A DNA stretch of 55,145 nt, filler included, from Bipalium vagum (lineage: Eukaryota): NCBI GenBank assembly GCA_037834085.1. It is 2 parts of 2 records of this genome, joined end to end, with 100 filler letters (N's around TTAATTAATTAA, not from the genome) between each part and the next. Parts side by side here need not be neighbours in the genome. Positions count along the whole stretch, not along the records: positions 1 to 29,901 come from JBBMKC010014981.1; 1 more part is not named here. One strand, given 5' to 3'. Below the pieces are notes generated by a model that ran no database searches, was not told the origin of the DNA, and was given only the letters and a program-made list of their open reading frames with translations. Below are positions 12,562-26,859 of this stretch, in pieces. Position 1 is the first letter of the stretch; every line of letters starts with the position of its first letter. Made by a program: the position numbers and the translations under genes.

Positions 12562-13938
12562 GTCTAGACAATCGGATATTCCGATCTTAATTAAGACAAC
12601 CAGTTTGCTGGAATTTCAGAATCATTTTTCTAATTTGTTGCAATGAAGGTATGACAATAGTTTTATATTTTTTTCCCGTGAAAACCTGTTGACTCTCCGC
12701 TAAATACTCTAGTTAAATACATACTCCTGATTCTTCTTTAACTTCTGTATCAACGTCTGATTTCTCTTCTTAATTAAGCTCTTATATTATTTTATTTATT
12801 CTTTTTCTTTCAAAAAACTCTTAAGTATCTTCGCTGAACTCCTTGTCAATACTATACAATTGATTTTCTCACTCGCCAGAATATTTATTATTACTCAGAC
12901 CAAACTAGCTTTCCTACTAAAACGGCCTTTACTAAGAAGTTTAAAAAATCTTTGTTACATTTTTAAATTACTATGAAACTATTCGTAACCTTACAGCTCG
13001 TAAATTTCCTGACCATGTCACTTCTGTAAATAACGTGTTCGCAAATAATTGAAACAAGACTACAATAAAACTTTATTCTTTCAACCACCAGTGCAAAATA
13101 TTCACACAATAGCACAAAGTGAAATTTCTCAAATAGTCATATTCAGTAATACTGAAAAGCAAAGCAAAATAATCGAATAATCAATAATATTCAAATCAGT
13201 AAAAGTTCAATCAAAATACTTAACGAAATAATTAATAAGATTACTATTGATTGTTAACTAATGATAAAGAAATTAAAAAAATGCAATATAGATCTCACCG
13301 ATCCAGTAGACGATGGGTTCAAGTGTCGTTTGATGAGCCCGGTCCGGTTCGTTGATAAATGCCCGTCATATAAAACTGGACATAAGTTTACCAAATCTTC
13401 TGACTCTTCAAATGGCTTTTAATATTTCAAATATAATACGTGACGAAATTTTCTAGCTGTAGTCTTTCTGGAAATCCATTGAGTATTTCAGTGCCTTTTA
13501 GTATATACTGGTCAGACGACTAATCAGTTATAGACTAGTATTATTAATGGGGAATGTCAATACTCTTTTTAGGCCATTTTTTCCAAATCGATCCCTATTT
13601 GCGGACCTTGATTTAATATTGGAAATTCGATATTAGCCTTTGCCAAGATTAGATCATTTTTGGAAAAAGAAAAATTATTATTTTATTATTAATATTCTTA
13701 AGTCATCTTTATACTTTTATAATTATTATATAATTATAATATATTATATAATTATAATTTTTATTATTTCATTTCTGATCATTTTGTGGTCTATTAATGA
13801 TTAATTTATAATTATTATACATATTCTAGATCCTTTAGCGGTCTTCAAACGATAGTTTTAACAGGGTTAAAAGGGATATGCCCTTGGTGAATCCAACATA
13901 TTTGTATAATATGCAATTTATAATAATAACAATAAGTA

Positions 13939-14174
13939 TTGGTTTGGCAAGAAAGTTCGTGCGCTTTCTAATCTTGGAAGTTGTAAATCAAATTGGCCGC
14001 TAGTGATGAAAAATGGATTGTCTATTAAAGTGTGATCCAAAAAAGCTCACCAGAACGACCCCAAGACTTTTTGTGGATCACATTTTAATAGACAATCCAT
14101 TTTTCATCACTAGCGGCCAATTTGATTTACAACTTCCAATAATAGAAAGCGCACGAACTTTCTTGCCAACCCAA
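13939..14174. mobile_element. Fold-back (palindromic) mariner-derived MITE, 236 bp
   Basis: Two near-perfect inverted arms of about 107 bp around a loop of about 20 bp. Mariner-type termini TTGG(T/G)TTGGCAAGAAAGTTCGTGCGCTTT with TA on both sides. The arms contain a DEKWIVY-coding stretch. Confidence 0.9.
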
Positions 14175-15667
14175 TATAATGATCACTAAAGATAACAATG
14201 TTGAAATGTCTTATAAAATACAATATTAATCAAAAGAAATAATTTAATTAAGACAAAATAATAATTAATCAAATTAATAGTCCAATAAAAACCAGTTAAT
14301 TAAAACAAATTACAATAAAGTATAAAGTAAATACTACAATAATAATGATAAAAATTAAAATTTTAAAGAAAAAAAACAATCTTACGGTACGTCTTCGGTC
14401 TAATTTCACGAACTATCATCTGAGGCTTTACAGTCGCTCAGAGATAACCCTTAGGCTGGAACTTAAACATAATCTTAGGAAAAAGTAAAAAATCATTACT
14501 TGTGAATAATCTTCTGATATAGCAACATCAGTCGTCTTCCACGTTAATAATCTTCCGAATTTAATATATTTAAATATATACATAATATATATATATATAA
14601 CAATTCTTAGAATCTTGTACGCTTTTGGAGGGCAATATTTTGGTGAAAATCTTTCTGCTTTTATACTTTTTTGGTGATCTTGACATGGAGATTAATCCTA
14701 AAATAATCTTAAAAACCTAAAAGTTCCTTTAAAGTCCCAAAATTTCATAAAATTCCTAAATTTCCTTTCATCTTTATTATATAATTATCATTATTGTTTC
14801 TAAATTACCTTTTAAAAAATAAAATTACTTTTTAGGAGTTTTCTTTTATCTTAAGTAATTTTAAAGTAAGTAGGATAAAATGTTTTTATTCTAAAGTAGA
14901 TAATTTGATAATAATAAAAATTTGATAATCATGTACTGGTATAATGTAGTGTTTTTAAAGGTGGGAGATTTATTGATTTGAATTTAAATTATTAAAAGGT
15001 TCCGTTTGGATACCCAAGATTTTGTGACATTTAACAAATGAACAATTTCAACCTGACGCTTATTTTGCTTATCGATATTAATTAAATAAATATTTATGAT
15101 CGGTATTAACACTTTGACAGAAAATTAATATTTTTGTTAGCTAAAATGGCTGTTATAGCTGCGTTATCCATCAACGCAAAGAAAAACTTTTAAAATTTTT
15201 TGTTGAGCATTATGCTGTTTTGGCCGTTTTCTAGATGAATAGTTTTTAGTGCAATTATAAGTGATTTTGAAGCATTACCAAGAAGACTTATTTGAATTTT
15301 AAAATAATAAGGAAACTGTCAGAAGAAATGGTCTTTGTCTTACTAATATGTATCCAAACAGTAAGAAATAATTAGCAAAAATCTAGCATTGAGAAATATG
15401 TAATAATAATAACATTTACAGAATATTTTTGTTTCTATTTATTCATTATGGTTATATCATTTGGTTATATTTCTTTTCGAAAAAACCTGCTCACATATAA
15501 TACTGACTATTAATGTCAAATAGAGATTGTAAGAATCAAATAGGAAATATAAAGTAAGTTCTTTCAATTTAATGGACGGATGGGTGGTGGCATTGGTTTA
15601 ACTGGATTTAGTGAGTACCAGATATTAGGGACCTGAAACAACAGCTCTAGTACTTAATTACTTTTAA

Positions 15668-16755
15668 TTAAACTAAAACAAGATTTGAATAAAAAAAGCC
15701 TGGCCCAAAGACAAAGATTTCGCCCAAAACGAAACGATTGATTATTCGCAAAGCCAGCAATAAATCGATTTCAAAATCGACAATTAAACATGAAATTAAC
15801 TTAAACGTAAGCAAGGAGACTATCCGTCGTGTTATCAACAATTCCAAAGTCTTAAAATACCAAAAATGATGGTGAAACCACCACTGAAAGTTGAACACAA
15901 ATTGAAGCATTTGCAAAGGGCGAAAACTAAAGTAGCATGGGGCGACGAATGGAAGCAGGTCATCTGGCGTGACAAAAATAAATTTAATTTAGACGGACCA
16001 GATGGCCATGCATACTATTGGCATGATTTGAGAAAAGAAACATGCAATTTTCCAAAAGAAACTCAGACGGAGGATCTTTAATGATTTGGGCCTGTTTCAA
16101 TTTCAGTGGCAGGTCCAGTCTGGCGACTGTTTCCGGCAATCTAAATCAATGGTGGTATCAGAGACTTCTGAAAGACAATCTACTACCTTTTATAAAAGAT
16201 TTTGCCGGATTCAGCCCTGTCTTTCAGCAAGATAATTGCAGGTGCCATGTATCCCGTTCAATTATGGAATGCCTAAAAGGCAAAAATATTGAAGTTATGG
16301 ACTGGCCGCCGTACTCACCGGATCTAAATCCCATAGAAAACTTATGGGAGTGTTGGTTCGGAAGGTATATGCTGGTGGAAAGCAATTCAATTCCATTGAT
16401 GAGCTGCGATCGGCAGTTATTGGCTGTTGGGAAGACATGGATCAATACATCCTGGAAAATTTGGTAACTTCAATGCCAAATAGAATTTATGAGACTATTT
16501 ATGCTCACGGCAGCTCAATAAACTATTAGAATCGTATTGGTACATTTTTTTGTGAATAAAGATCGATTTTTTGGAAATTGTGGAAATTAATTTTTATTCT
16601 TTGCTTAATATATTTGGTTATATTAGGAATTTTTCAATTAATCTTTTTACATTTGCATTAAGACACTAATAGCTACATTGTGTAAATATTTTGAAATCTT
16701 TGGGCAATAGATAATGTCATTTTTGTAAGTGCGGCAATTAATTTGTGGTGCACTG
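15668..16755 (+). mobile_element. Tc1/Tc3-like DD34E transposon, 5' truncated and frameshifted
   Basis: KFNLDGPDGHAYYWHDLRKE, GGSLMIWACF, FQQDNCRCH, WPPYSPDLNPIENLW and LENLVTSMPNRIYE in ORFs 15866-16529. The right TIR ..AATTTGTGGTGCACTG is followed by TA. Confidence 0.92.
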
Positions 16756-17574
16756 TATTATTTAGTTAAATAAAATTTTAATTAATTAAGTTTAGAGTTC
16801 TATCTATTTAAATTATTAATATTAAAAAATTTAATATAAATATATATTAATATAAAAAATAAATTTAAGCTGTAATGATAAGTTCGGAACAGATTAAATG
16901 GGGAAATTGAGTATCCGAGGATGTGAACATGCGAAAGGCATGCACAATATTTTTTATGGTGTAATCATCAACTGCTGCGCGATTCCTAGCACACCAAGCT
17001 TAACATGAGTATGAAAAAGGAAAAAATGTTGTAAATGGAATCTGAGAAAAATGGAATTTGTGACATATGATATACATATGAAGCATTACAATTTATATTT
17101 TTGAAGTGTTGTTCAATCCTTAGATAAATCCTTAGACATACGTATGAGTGATCTTTCTGGTCTTTTTGTATTTTTCGGCTTCCGATCACTTTTAGACAAT
17201 TTTTTCAATGTATTATGTTGTTTGAGTTTGAGTATATATTGCACAGTATGTCTTGAAATCTTAAGTTTCATTACAGCCTTCCAATGAAATGGTATTTCAA
17301 TTATTGAATAACTTATTTTCTAATATCTAGCGATAGCAGTGCTATATTTAACAAAATATTTCTAAAATTATAAAAATATAGCATAAATCAGTTAATGTTT
17401 TTAAAATAGTTTTTAATAAATAAATGAAAACTTTAAAATTTATTAAAGTTTATTGAACAATTTTACACTATTTGTAATAATTTTTGTACTGAAATATGAA
17501 GCTAATATCAGCATGTATCTAAATTTAAATAGTTGAAATCATAAATTTCTAATCTTATAAAATGTGTTTTTTTA

Positions 17575-18010
17575 CATGATGGCCCAATTCAAATAAACGT
17601 CTTCACTGAAAATCCATCGACCAAATCTTGTCTTCTGGTGAAAATTTGATTCTCTTTTCTTTATGAAGTTGGGTCAATTTTGGTACAAACTTAGGTACCA
17701 TTCACCATATCCCCATCTCATTTAAATATTTTCTTATTGTACTTGGAGCTGCTGTAGGATTATTTCAGTGGCAATTTCATTTGTTGACATATGACCATTT
17801 TTAGGGGTAATCTTGAGTGTAGTCTTTTATCATTTACTTAAAATTTTCGACGTCTTTTTTCACTTCAGATTTCTTATGATTGTTCTACTAGATTGATCAG
17901 TGACTTTTACAAACCTTTTGATGTCAGTGATCCAAAGCGAAACAAGATGTCCAAAACATTGTTTTGAAGGTTTCATTTCTTAAAATCGTAGATTTAAATT
18001 TTTTTTTGAA
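17575..18010 (-). mobile_element. Highly decayed Tc1-like remnant
   Basis: Minus-strand WIFSED-like motif at ~17600-17620, with an HTH-like upstream stretch. Confidence 0.3.
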
Positions 18011-19289
18011 ATACATTTGTTAAGTTTCTAAGATAAGTGAGTAAATTTATTAAGTTAAAAATATTGAATTGTGACTTCAGGTAACTTAATAAAATATTTT
18101 ATAATCAGAAGGTTTTATAGAGTGTAACTCGAAACTAATAGGGATAGAATTACTAAAAGCTACACAATGAAAAATACGTTTAGTGGTAAAATTTGACAAG
18201 CAATTATTACTAATTTGGTTAATAAAATCTCTGAAGGTTAAGAAAATCCTTTCACAGTTTCCTTATAAGCTGTGGAGAGGTACTGAGACAATTTACCACC
18301 TCTATCCGCTGTATCCATATATTATTAAAGATTATTGATTATTGGAAAAAATGATTTTAAAATATATCTTGTGTAATTTGAGATCAAATTACCAAGAGTT
18401 TTATAATAATATTATTAATAATAAAATACTAAAGATTACTTATAGTATAGACTGTAACCAGATTTTGAAGTATGAATTATTGAATTCAGGTGGTTTTATT
18501 TATATAACCAGTTTTGTGTAGGACTAGCTTAGAATATGGATTGATTGTTTAACAGTTGACTGCGTCAAAACAAATCTGTTTATTCTTGTGAATTCTTGTC
18601 TTGTCCTTACGTTATTTTTATCTGCTTATTGTACTTAATTTTTGTCCGCCTTGACCAGTCTTATGGTGATCTTAAATGCCCTTAAAATGGGGTTATTCTA
18701 TTTTAAGAATTATTCGTTTTATTTCTTAGGGTTTTAATTAATTTTTCTGTCTTTTTAAAATATTTGTAATCTTGAGTTCTATTCTTAGTAAGTTAGCTTT
18801 TCTAATTTTAAATTATAAATTTTATGTATTTTGCTTATAATAATATTTATAATAATGATAATAAGAATATTTATAATGGTTAGGATAATTTCTCAGAGGT
18901 TTTTATTTTACATGAATATGAAAATTAATAAAAATTAAACAAAAAATCTAGTTCTTTCGCAGTCTCCCCACACTTAGTATCTATATATTTATGTAAAAAT
19001 TCTTGTTAATTCATTTTTTTTCAATAATAGTAAATTGATTATTTAGTAAATAATGATTAATAATAACTAATACAAATACTAAAAAAATCTTTTTAATATG
19101 CTTATCCTACTTTACAAGTTTTAAAATCCCTATAGAAAAAACAATAGCCATATATATAATGGCAAAATATTAAAAAATGATGTCATAAAATGAAAAAGTT
19201 ATATAAATATAGACATGAAGTCAATAGAAGTATATAAGCTTTAAAAATATTATAAATAGGCAGCTGAAGGTCATAGTTTTAGTTTATTA

Positions 19290-19614
19290 TAACTCATCTA
19301 AAATTAGAGAAAAATATTTAGCCAATAGAAAAGGTGTTATCTTCCGTGATTTGGGTTAAGTAGTATTGCCTCACCCAGCTTATAGTCCTGATATCTCGCC
19401 ATCAGATTATTATCTTTTACAATCTTTTCAGCACGTCCTTAAATGTCAGTTTTTAAACAATGCTGAAATAAAATCGAGCATTATTTTTGATGAAAAGTCT
19501 GATATTTTTTACCGATGGTAATGATGGTAAATACATAATTTTTAATGTTATTTTGTATTAAACATGTTATTTTAAAACTGATTTTTGATTGATAGTTTCT
19601 TTTCGGCTACCTAA
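19290..19614 (+). mobile_element. Mariner 3' remnant
   Basis: VLPHPAYSPDISPSDYYLL (YSPDLAPxD motif) and a terminal TTTCGGCTACCTAA followed by TA. Confidence 0.75.
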
Positions 19615-21879
19615 TATTTTAAAAAAATGAGATTATTAAAGTAAAATATACTATAGCTTCAGTTATTCACCATATAAAACACAAAAAGAAGTCCTACCTT
19701 TGATTAACCCACTTGTCAGCTTGGTCTCAATTTCAAGATTGTATATTTACGTTACAAGTTAAAAGTTCTGTATGCACCCGACAACCATCACACTAAGGTC
19801 ATAATTAATATTTGGAAATATATCTTGAATGTTACTCTTTCTAAAATCTTATGGTAGGCTTCTGAACTCGAATTAGTCTAAATGCTTTATTACATCTACC
19901 GTACAACGCTAAAATACAATTAAATATTGTCTTGACACAAACAAAAAAGAAAAACTGTCTCTATTCAAATCCATACTACTCCCAATGACTGAATCAAAAT
20001 TTCATATAGCTCACGAATACCTTCGACTGCTGAGTACCTATAGGAAACAAAAAATTACAATAAAGAGGTGAAAATAAAATTAAAAATAAAACAGATATCA
20101 TATAAAAGACTTAAATAAAAAGTAACAAAATGAGACGGTAATGTTTGTTGACTGTTTAAGTTAGAATACCCGATCTAATTATAGCACCGGCCGACTTTTA
20201 TCAGCTTAAACTTAGCTACCAAACGTAAAGATAATATCAAATTATTTTATCAAAATCAATCTAAAGAAAAATCAGGTTATATTTAATCGAAATCAAAGTT
20301 AAATTATTTAGTCCAAAAATCGAAATCATTTCTAAAAAGCAGATAATTCTGAAAAAATATTTCTTTTATTATTAATATTTTATTCTCTAAATTATCATTG
20401 TACAGATAATTATTATTATTATCTTTAATCTTATTTTAATCCAATCATAAATCAAATCAATTACTTCTTAACTTTTTCGCAATAACTAATTAAATAATAT
20501 AGAAAATGACAAAATAAAATGAAAAGAAATAAAATGAACGGGTAAATTAAGATCGGTAATAATATTAGTAGGGGAAAGCAGACTTTCGTTACCGTTCGCA
20601 AAAATCATCTAAAAATCAAAAAATGAATAAATTCGATTTTATGAGTCATGTCGTCAAAGTCTGATTTACTCATAATTACTTTAAAAACACAATTAATAGG
20701 ACAAACAGTGTTACTTTTTTCAGACTTCAGATCGAGTCAAACGGAGGTACAAAATTGAACAAAATTGTACAGGGAATTGAACACAATCACTTAAAAATAA
20801 TTATCACCCTCTTACATTAGTGTTTTCACGGATGTTCAATTTTCACATCTTCCAGTTATCTAAACAATATCGATTATAATTGATGTTTTGTAAGTATTAA
20901 AATATCAACCACTATCTTCGCGTTCAACAAATATTATATCAGCAATTTTTTTCATGTTCTCAGCTGTCTAGTTCTGAGAGCTGTGAAGTACTTATTTCTG
21001 GTCATTCAGGCTGTCAGATTCCAGAACTTAAGTGACCAGTTTGTCCTAACCGGGAAACATGGCACATTCTAATCTCCTAACGCTAAGGCAGTGAGGAAAT
21101 TATTCAACTTAAAAAGTAAAAGTTCTCCTACAAACCTTTCCATTAACATAAAATTCCTATCAAGTCATTAATGAAATTTTTTTTAAATTCAGGATAATAA
21201 ATTAAGTTATAAAAACTAATAATTTAATAATAATTTATATCCTTCAATAAACATGGGTTCGGTTTTGAAACGTTTTTTTTGGATAGGAAATATATAATCA
21301 TGAAAATAACTTGTATATTTGTATCCCTCATTTTAAAATTTTTTAAAGATACTCGATATGATAGTTAATGGTCATTAATGAATCTTTAAATTATTTTTTT
21401 GTGATCTGTACTTGTATTCTACATGTTTATTTGATGAATCATGGATGATCATTTTGCATTTGTTCGTTTTTATTTTAATAAAATTATTTGTGATGCTAAT
21501 AAACTACCGTTTAATTTGCTTCAATATACTACTTTGTTGTTGATTTTATAATTTTTATACAATATAATCACCAGCGCTGTGTAATAATCTCTTGGTATTC
21601 GGGTTGTCGTTAATAGATAATCAGAATCATTTGTTTCTTAAGATCTTCAATCACCAGTTTTTTGCAGTAAAGACTTCGGTTAACCATTCCAGGATCTGTT
21701 GGATCTCAAAGATTGTCTAAGGAATTTACTTTTGAGAAATTGAACTAATACTAATCCGAGTTCACTGATTGGTGCATATAAGTAGGCTATTGAGCAGTCA
21801 AATCTACTGAAAGAACATTAGATTATTTAATTAAAAATCTAAAATTTTCTTTAAATAATTTTATTATAATTATCTTCTC

Positions 21880-22700
21880 TCAGATCTTCTGTATTTGCAA
21901 AATGTTTTTTCATATACCTGAAAAGGTAATAATCATTGGGAGCAAGGTCTGGACTATATGGAGGCTAGTCCATTAGGTCAATTCCACTTTCCTCCAGAAT
22001 TCGCGTGGATGTTGCACTTTTATAAACCAAATTGGAATGCTCCGTTCTTTTCGTCGAGCATGTTGGCATTTGTACACAAGATCAGAGTAGTATGAAAAGT
22101 TAAGTTTGGTCTTTTTCCAGCAAAATCGATAATGATAAAACCACGAAAATTCATAAAAACGCTCAGTATCAGATATTTTTATGTGGGAGTTTCCAGATCT
22201 CATCTTCCGGCAACTTGATTCTACTGCAAATTTCCATTCACTTGACTCTCTTTTAGATTCTGGCAGATGCAGACTGAGAGGGTTTTCATCTTGCATGATG
22301 ATATTACGTAGGAATGCCTCGCCTCAGGAAAATAAGGAGGTTTTCTGAGAACATTCCAGTCGCTTCTCACACATTTCTAATGAAAGAAGATGGAAAACAA
22401 ACGTGGACACCAGCTTTTGCACTCCGAATTCATGCAGGATTGTTTGTATTGGTACTTTTCTCAGACTAGCTGCATCAGCCAGTGTTCACGCTGTGATTCG
22501 ACGATCGTCTCGCAGTAAATATTCACATTTTTCTTTAATTTTGTCAGAAATTTCATGCGGGTGTCCAGTCCGTTGGTCATAAAAAATTGACTGTTTCCCC
22601 CAATCCACTTGTACATAGACTTATTATAATGACAATTCAAACAAATGAATCTGTTCACAGTTTATTCCGGATATTTCGAAACGCTTATTGCCACAAAAAA
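21880..22700 (-). mobile_element. Decayed mariner-like transposase
   Basis: Minus strand PPYSPDLAPNDYYLF at ~21920-21965 and a WCPRL (WVPRxL-like) motif near 22400. Confidence 0.65.
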
Positions 22701-23449
22701 TCTTAATAAGTTATAATAACCGATTTTTAATAAAAATGATAACAAAATATTTTTTACGAAATGAAAAAATGTTTAATTTTAACATTTTATACACTTTCAA
22801 AATATCAATTCAGAATTTTTTAAAAAAGGAATGAAAGAACAACTTTTGTGAGGGCAGAATGAAGTTTTGCTGCACTCTGAAAATCAGCTGAATAATCAGA
22901 ATACTTTAGAAAAGTCAATCGGTCATTTTCGACCTAATTTATGGTTTCTGATGGAGTTGGACTAATCTCGACAACTTCATTATTTACTTCAGTAATCTTC
23001 TCATTAAAGTTCCCTTTTCGGAATTTATTGCCATAAAAATATCTTCATTGCATGTAGTTTCATTGATTATGACATTCTCATCGACATTTATGAACTCATA
23101 AAGGCTCAGGACACTTTTGCACTTGTAGAGAGCAAGATTATTTTTACATATATTTCTTAGATGGTCTGTTAGTAATGATAAATAAATAGAATTGTTGTAG
23201 TTTACGTAAAGCCAGTCGAGAAGGAGAAATTAACTGTTTTGTTGATGGACATCCTAGTCTATACTTTAGAGATCAAGTATAATGATCGAAGTAGGCTTGG
23301 TTTGAAATCTTTTAAAAATCATACTCAATCATTATGTTAAGTCTCTTAAAAATGCAGCTAAAAATAAGAGCTTAACGGGTAGAAGGTTAATTTTTAGGCA
23401 TGATCGAAATATGAATTTGAATCGACTAAAAGAACTAATTACTTTTCAA

Positions 23450-23690
23450 ATCTTTATTGATACTAAAAATTGAATTTACAAGACAAGAGTGATTGCTGTT
23501 TGAACAATCCTCTGCAAGAAAACTTTCCCCGAATTTAGGATTAATTAAAGGACGGAAATCTTTTCGCACTGATAAAAATATCAGTGTCTCAAAAGCCCTC
23601 AAAGATAGGTAATTCACCACCCTAATTAGTGTGTGAACTACGAAAATAAAAAAATCTGCGACAGAAATGAACAAAAACAATTATTTGATT
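23450..23690 (+). mobile_element. Possible hAT C-terminal dimerisation-domain remnant
   Basis: FPEF...DR*FTTL..TTKIKK loosely resembles FPxL...ERxFSxL..KTKxR. Confidence 0.25.
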
Positions 23691-25171
23691 TTAGAGTTGA
23701 ACCCTAACATTTATTTATAAGGTATTTAGTTAAGACAGTTGTATAATTTATTAAAATTATCAACTGTAGAAATGATTTTAGCAAATTTATGAAATTTATA
23801 CATACTTGATACAAAAAATTATGCAATTCTTTTCGAATTACTAATTACTTAAAACGTTAACAATGAAATTATAATAAGAATTATATATATAAGAATATTT
23901 ACTTGTGAGCATTTATTGATTCAAAAATATTTGTGCAATTGGACTTTATGTTTATGTTTATGTTGACTAATTTCGAATTGAATATGTTCTGGAATATATC
24001 CGTTAATCTCTTGGATTTTGACTACGCTTTAGACTTGACAATTGACGTACAAAAATGTGAGTGTTTTTCAGTATTTTCATTCTGTTTTTATATGCATTTT
24101 TTGATTGTTTTTATATTTAGTAACATCTTGTTACTATTTTTAGATTTTGTTTTTCAATATATTACCATATATAATTTTTACATAAATATTATTTGTTTAA
24201 AATCTAATTTTAGTAATTTGTACTTACTAAATTATTTTAATATATTATTTATATTTTTGTTTTAAATATTAAAATATGAGTAATAATAATGATAATAATT
24301 ATTTACATAATTTATATTTTAATTTCTTATTCTATAATAAATCTTTTTCAGGAAAGAATTCTTGTCACTTAAAAATCAAATTAAAAAAAATATTAAAATA
24401 ACAAAAACATGTTATTAACAGTAATAAAACTGTTTTTTGGGATAAAATTATTGTTAGGTTATCAAATAAGGATCACATTATTATTTGTTCTTTGTTTGTT
24501 TTGGGAGTCTCCACAATTAGGTTTATCCTAAGTTCTATATAATATACAAATAACTTGCTCAATTCCAAAACTTTTGGCTAAACTATTAGTCTTTGTGTTT
24601 AAAAGGTTGTCGCATATTGGAATGAGAAAATGAAATAATTTAAACCACTATAATAAAGCATTTTCAATATTTGTTTATTATTTATCCGCTTCACGAACAC
24701 ATTTTTCGGAGATAAAAAGTTACTTGTAAATAAGTGAAAAACGGTCGTTTAAAATCTTGGAGAGTTGAAGGTCTGATATGAAATGCGGAAGCTATATTAA
24801 GCAGTTTTCTTTTGAGTTTTCTATTTTTCAATCTACATATTCAATTTTTCAGCATTCCTTATATCATCCCAGTCTCTATACACGAAATAACTAAAATACT
24901 AAAATAATTGAGATAAAAATAATAAAACCCGAATTTACCAATGTTGGCTAACAGGAAAATAGTATAACTTGACAAGTTTTATTACAGTCAACATTAGATT
25001 TCGTTATTGAGACTGTTATCGGTACATGTATCTTTAAATAATTGTTTTTTTAGATATTGAGTTACGATACAATATTTATAAATTGTTTTGTTTTATATAA
25101 TAGAAATCACATAAAAATAATTAAAAATAGGATATGTGAAACAAAAGAATATCAAATATATTAAGATTATA

Positions 25172-26000
25172 ATAGGTATACAACTTGAAAGTGACGATTT
25201 TTTAAGAGTGCAATAATCATTTATTTTATCAAAAAAAATTTTTAATCCAAGTAATTTCCATCAATTTTTTAAAACTTTAGGCCATTTTTCTGATAACACT
25301 GGTCTACAGAATTTTTGTTGTCGTTTTTTTACAATGTAACGCGTAACATAAGCAAGTAAAGTTGATAACGATCACCAGTAATGGTCTGACAAGGTTGCAA
25401 GAGCTCTAGAACAATACATCCTTCTTATACCACCATATGAGTAGTAATGCTTTCTTCCCGTGAATATTGCTTTTTTCTATCGAAGATGACGGTGATCTTG
25501 GTCGCAAAAAGATTTTCGACGTTTTTGATTCTCGAAAAAGTCCCCAATGACGATCGATGCAGAAATGATTTTCTTCTGTACGTTTACATCAACATTCTAC
25601 AATTGGTTTTTCGCTTTTCTTTGTTTCGCTCATTCAATTCATATGGTATCCATTTTTCCTTTTTTGAATCTTCCCCATTGTTCGTGTCATTCAGAAATTG
25701 CTTGTTAGCTAACATTTAAGGCATCTGCAAGTTTTTTTGACTGTGTGGCGCCTTCATGCAATAATGCTGCTAAGTGTGCATCTTCGAATGTTTTCGGTTG
25801 ACATGGATGCTCGTAATCTTGCACATTAAAATTTCCTTCTTTCAATTGATCGAACCAACGTTCACATGTTTTTTGGGATATAGTTTTGTCACCATAAGTT
25901 TCTAGAATAATACGATAACAATTCATTGTTATTTTCTTTTGAAGATAAAAAAAAATTAAAAAGTGCCGCAAATGATATTTAATTAACTGAAATTAAGAAA
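25172..26000 (-). mobile_element. Mariner element (Mos1-like N-terminus), internally deleted
   Basis: ORF 25705-25971 MRHFLIFFY..ETYGDKTISQKTCERWFDQLKEGNFNVQD..PKTFED..LADALNVS. A TIR-like ATAGGTATACAACTTG lies at ~25172. Confidence 0.8.
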
Positions 26001-26587
26001 CATTAATTGACAAAAGTTATACATTATTATCGCTTTTAAGATCTCAGGAATGTTAAATTTAAGTGCGTGAAAAGTATTATATAAACAAATGTATATCAAT
26101 ATTAAAATTATTTACATTAATCAATGGGGTTATCGTTTATAATTATAATAATTATAATTATAATTATATAATAATCGTTTATATAAGATCTTCATTTTCA
26201 ACTTGTATGCAGGACATCAGAAAATTTTTTATTTACCATCTGAGTAATGATGTTCGATTAATAACAGAGAATCTTCAAAATTAAATGATCAATTTTATTT
26301 CTTTTATCTGATATAATCCATTTCAAAATAGAAAATAATCTATCCACAGAAACTTATAATCCTGGTAGCTAACATTTCATTTTTTCCAGGCTGATTTCAA
26401 TAATCTAAAATACTAATAGCATCATTTATTGAATGAATTTCTGTAAATCATAAAATGAAAATTTCACAAAATTTAAATAATAAATTAATAAAAATTCGTT
26501 TTGAAAATTGTAAAGTTTATTTATAAGGTATTCCAATAAAAATTATTTGATAATATTTAAATATTTTGGTATATTAAAATTCAGCCA

Positions 26588-26791
26588 TTAAAATTCTGTT
26601 ATCAGCGACTGTCTTATTTTAGCTCCTAATCCTTTATATATTTCGCCATAAGAGACCAAAATATATTCTAATTGTCTCTTGAACTTCAAAATTCTTTCCA
26701 TTATTGGATCACTTTCTACTAATTCATCAGCCAATCCCAAGTCATCTTGTATTGTACACTGGTGGCCAAAAAATCTAGTACACTTTTTCAT
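26588..26791 (-). mobile_element. pogo/Tigger-like transposase C-terminal remnant
   Basis: ESDPIMERILKFKRQLEYILVSYGEIY..RQSLITEF matches the Tigger C-terminal pattern DPxxER..Y.EIY..Q..IT.F. Confidence 0.6.
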
Positions 26792-26859
26792 GATTTTTTT
26801 TAACTTTAAATTAATATATTTTTAAGCAATATTTATGAATTCAATTGAATAAATTAACA

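Noticed and set aside
13300-13640. LTR-retrotransposon integrase remnant on the minus strand
   Set aside because: Only SDQ and NGFPER-like scraps; too degraded to support.
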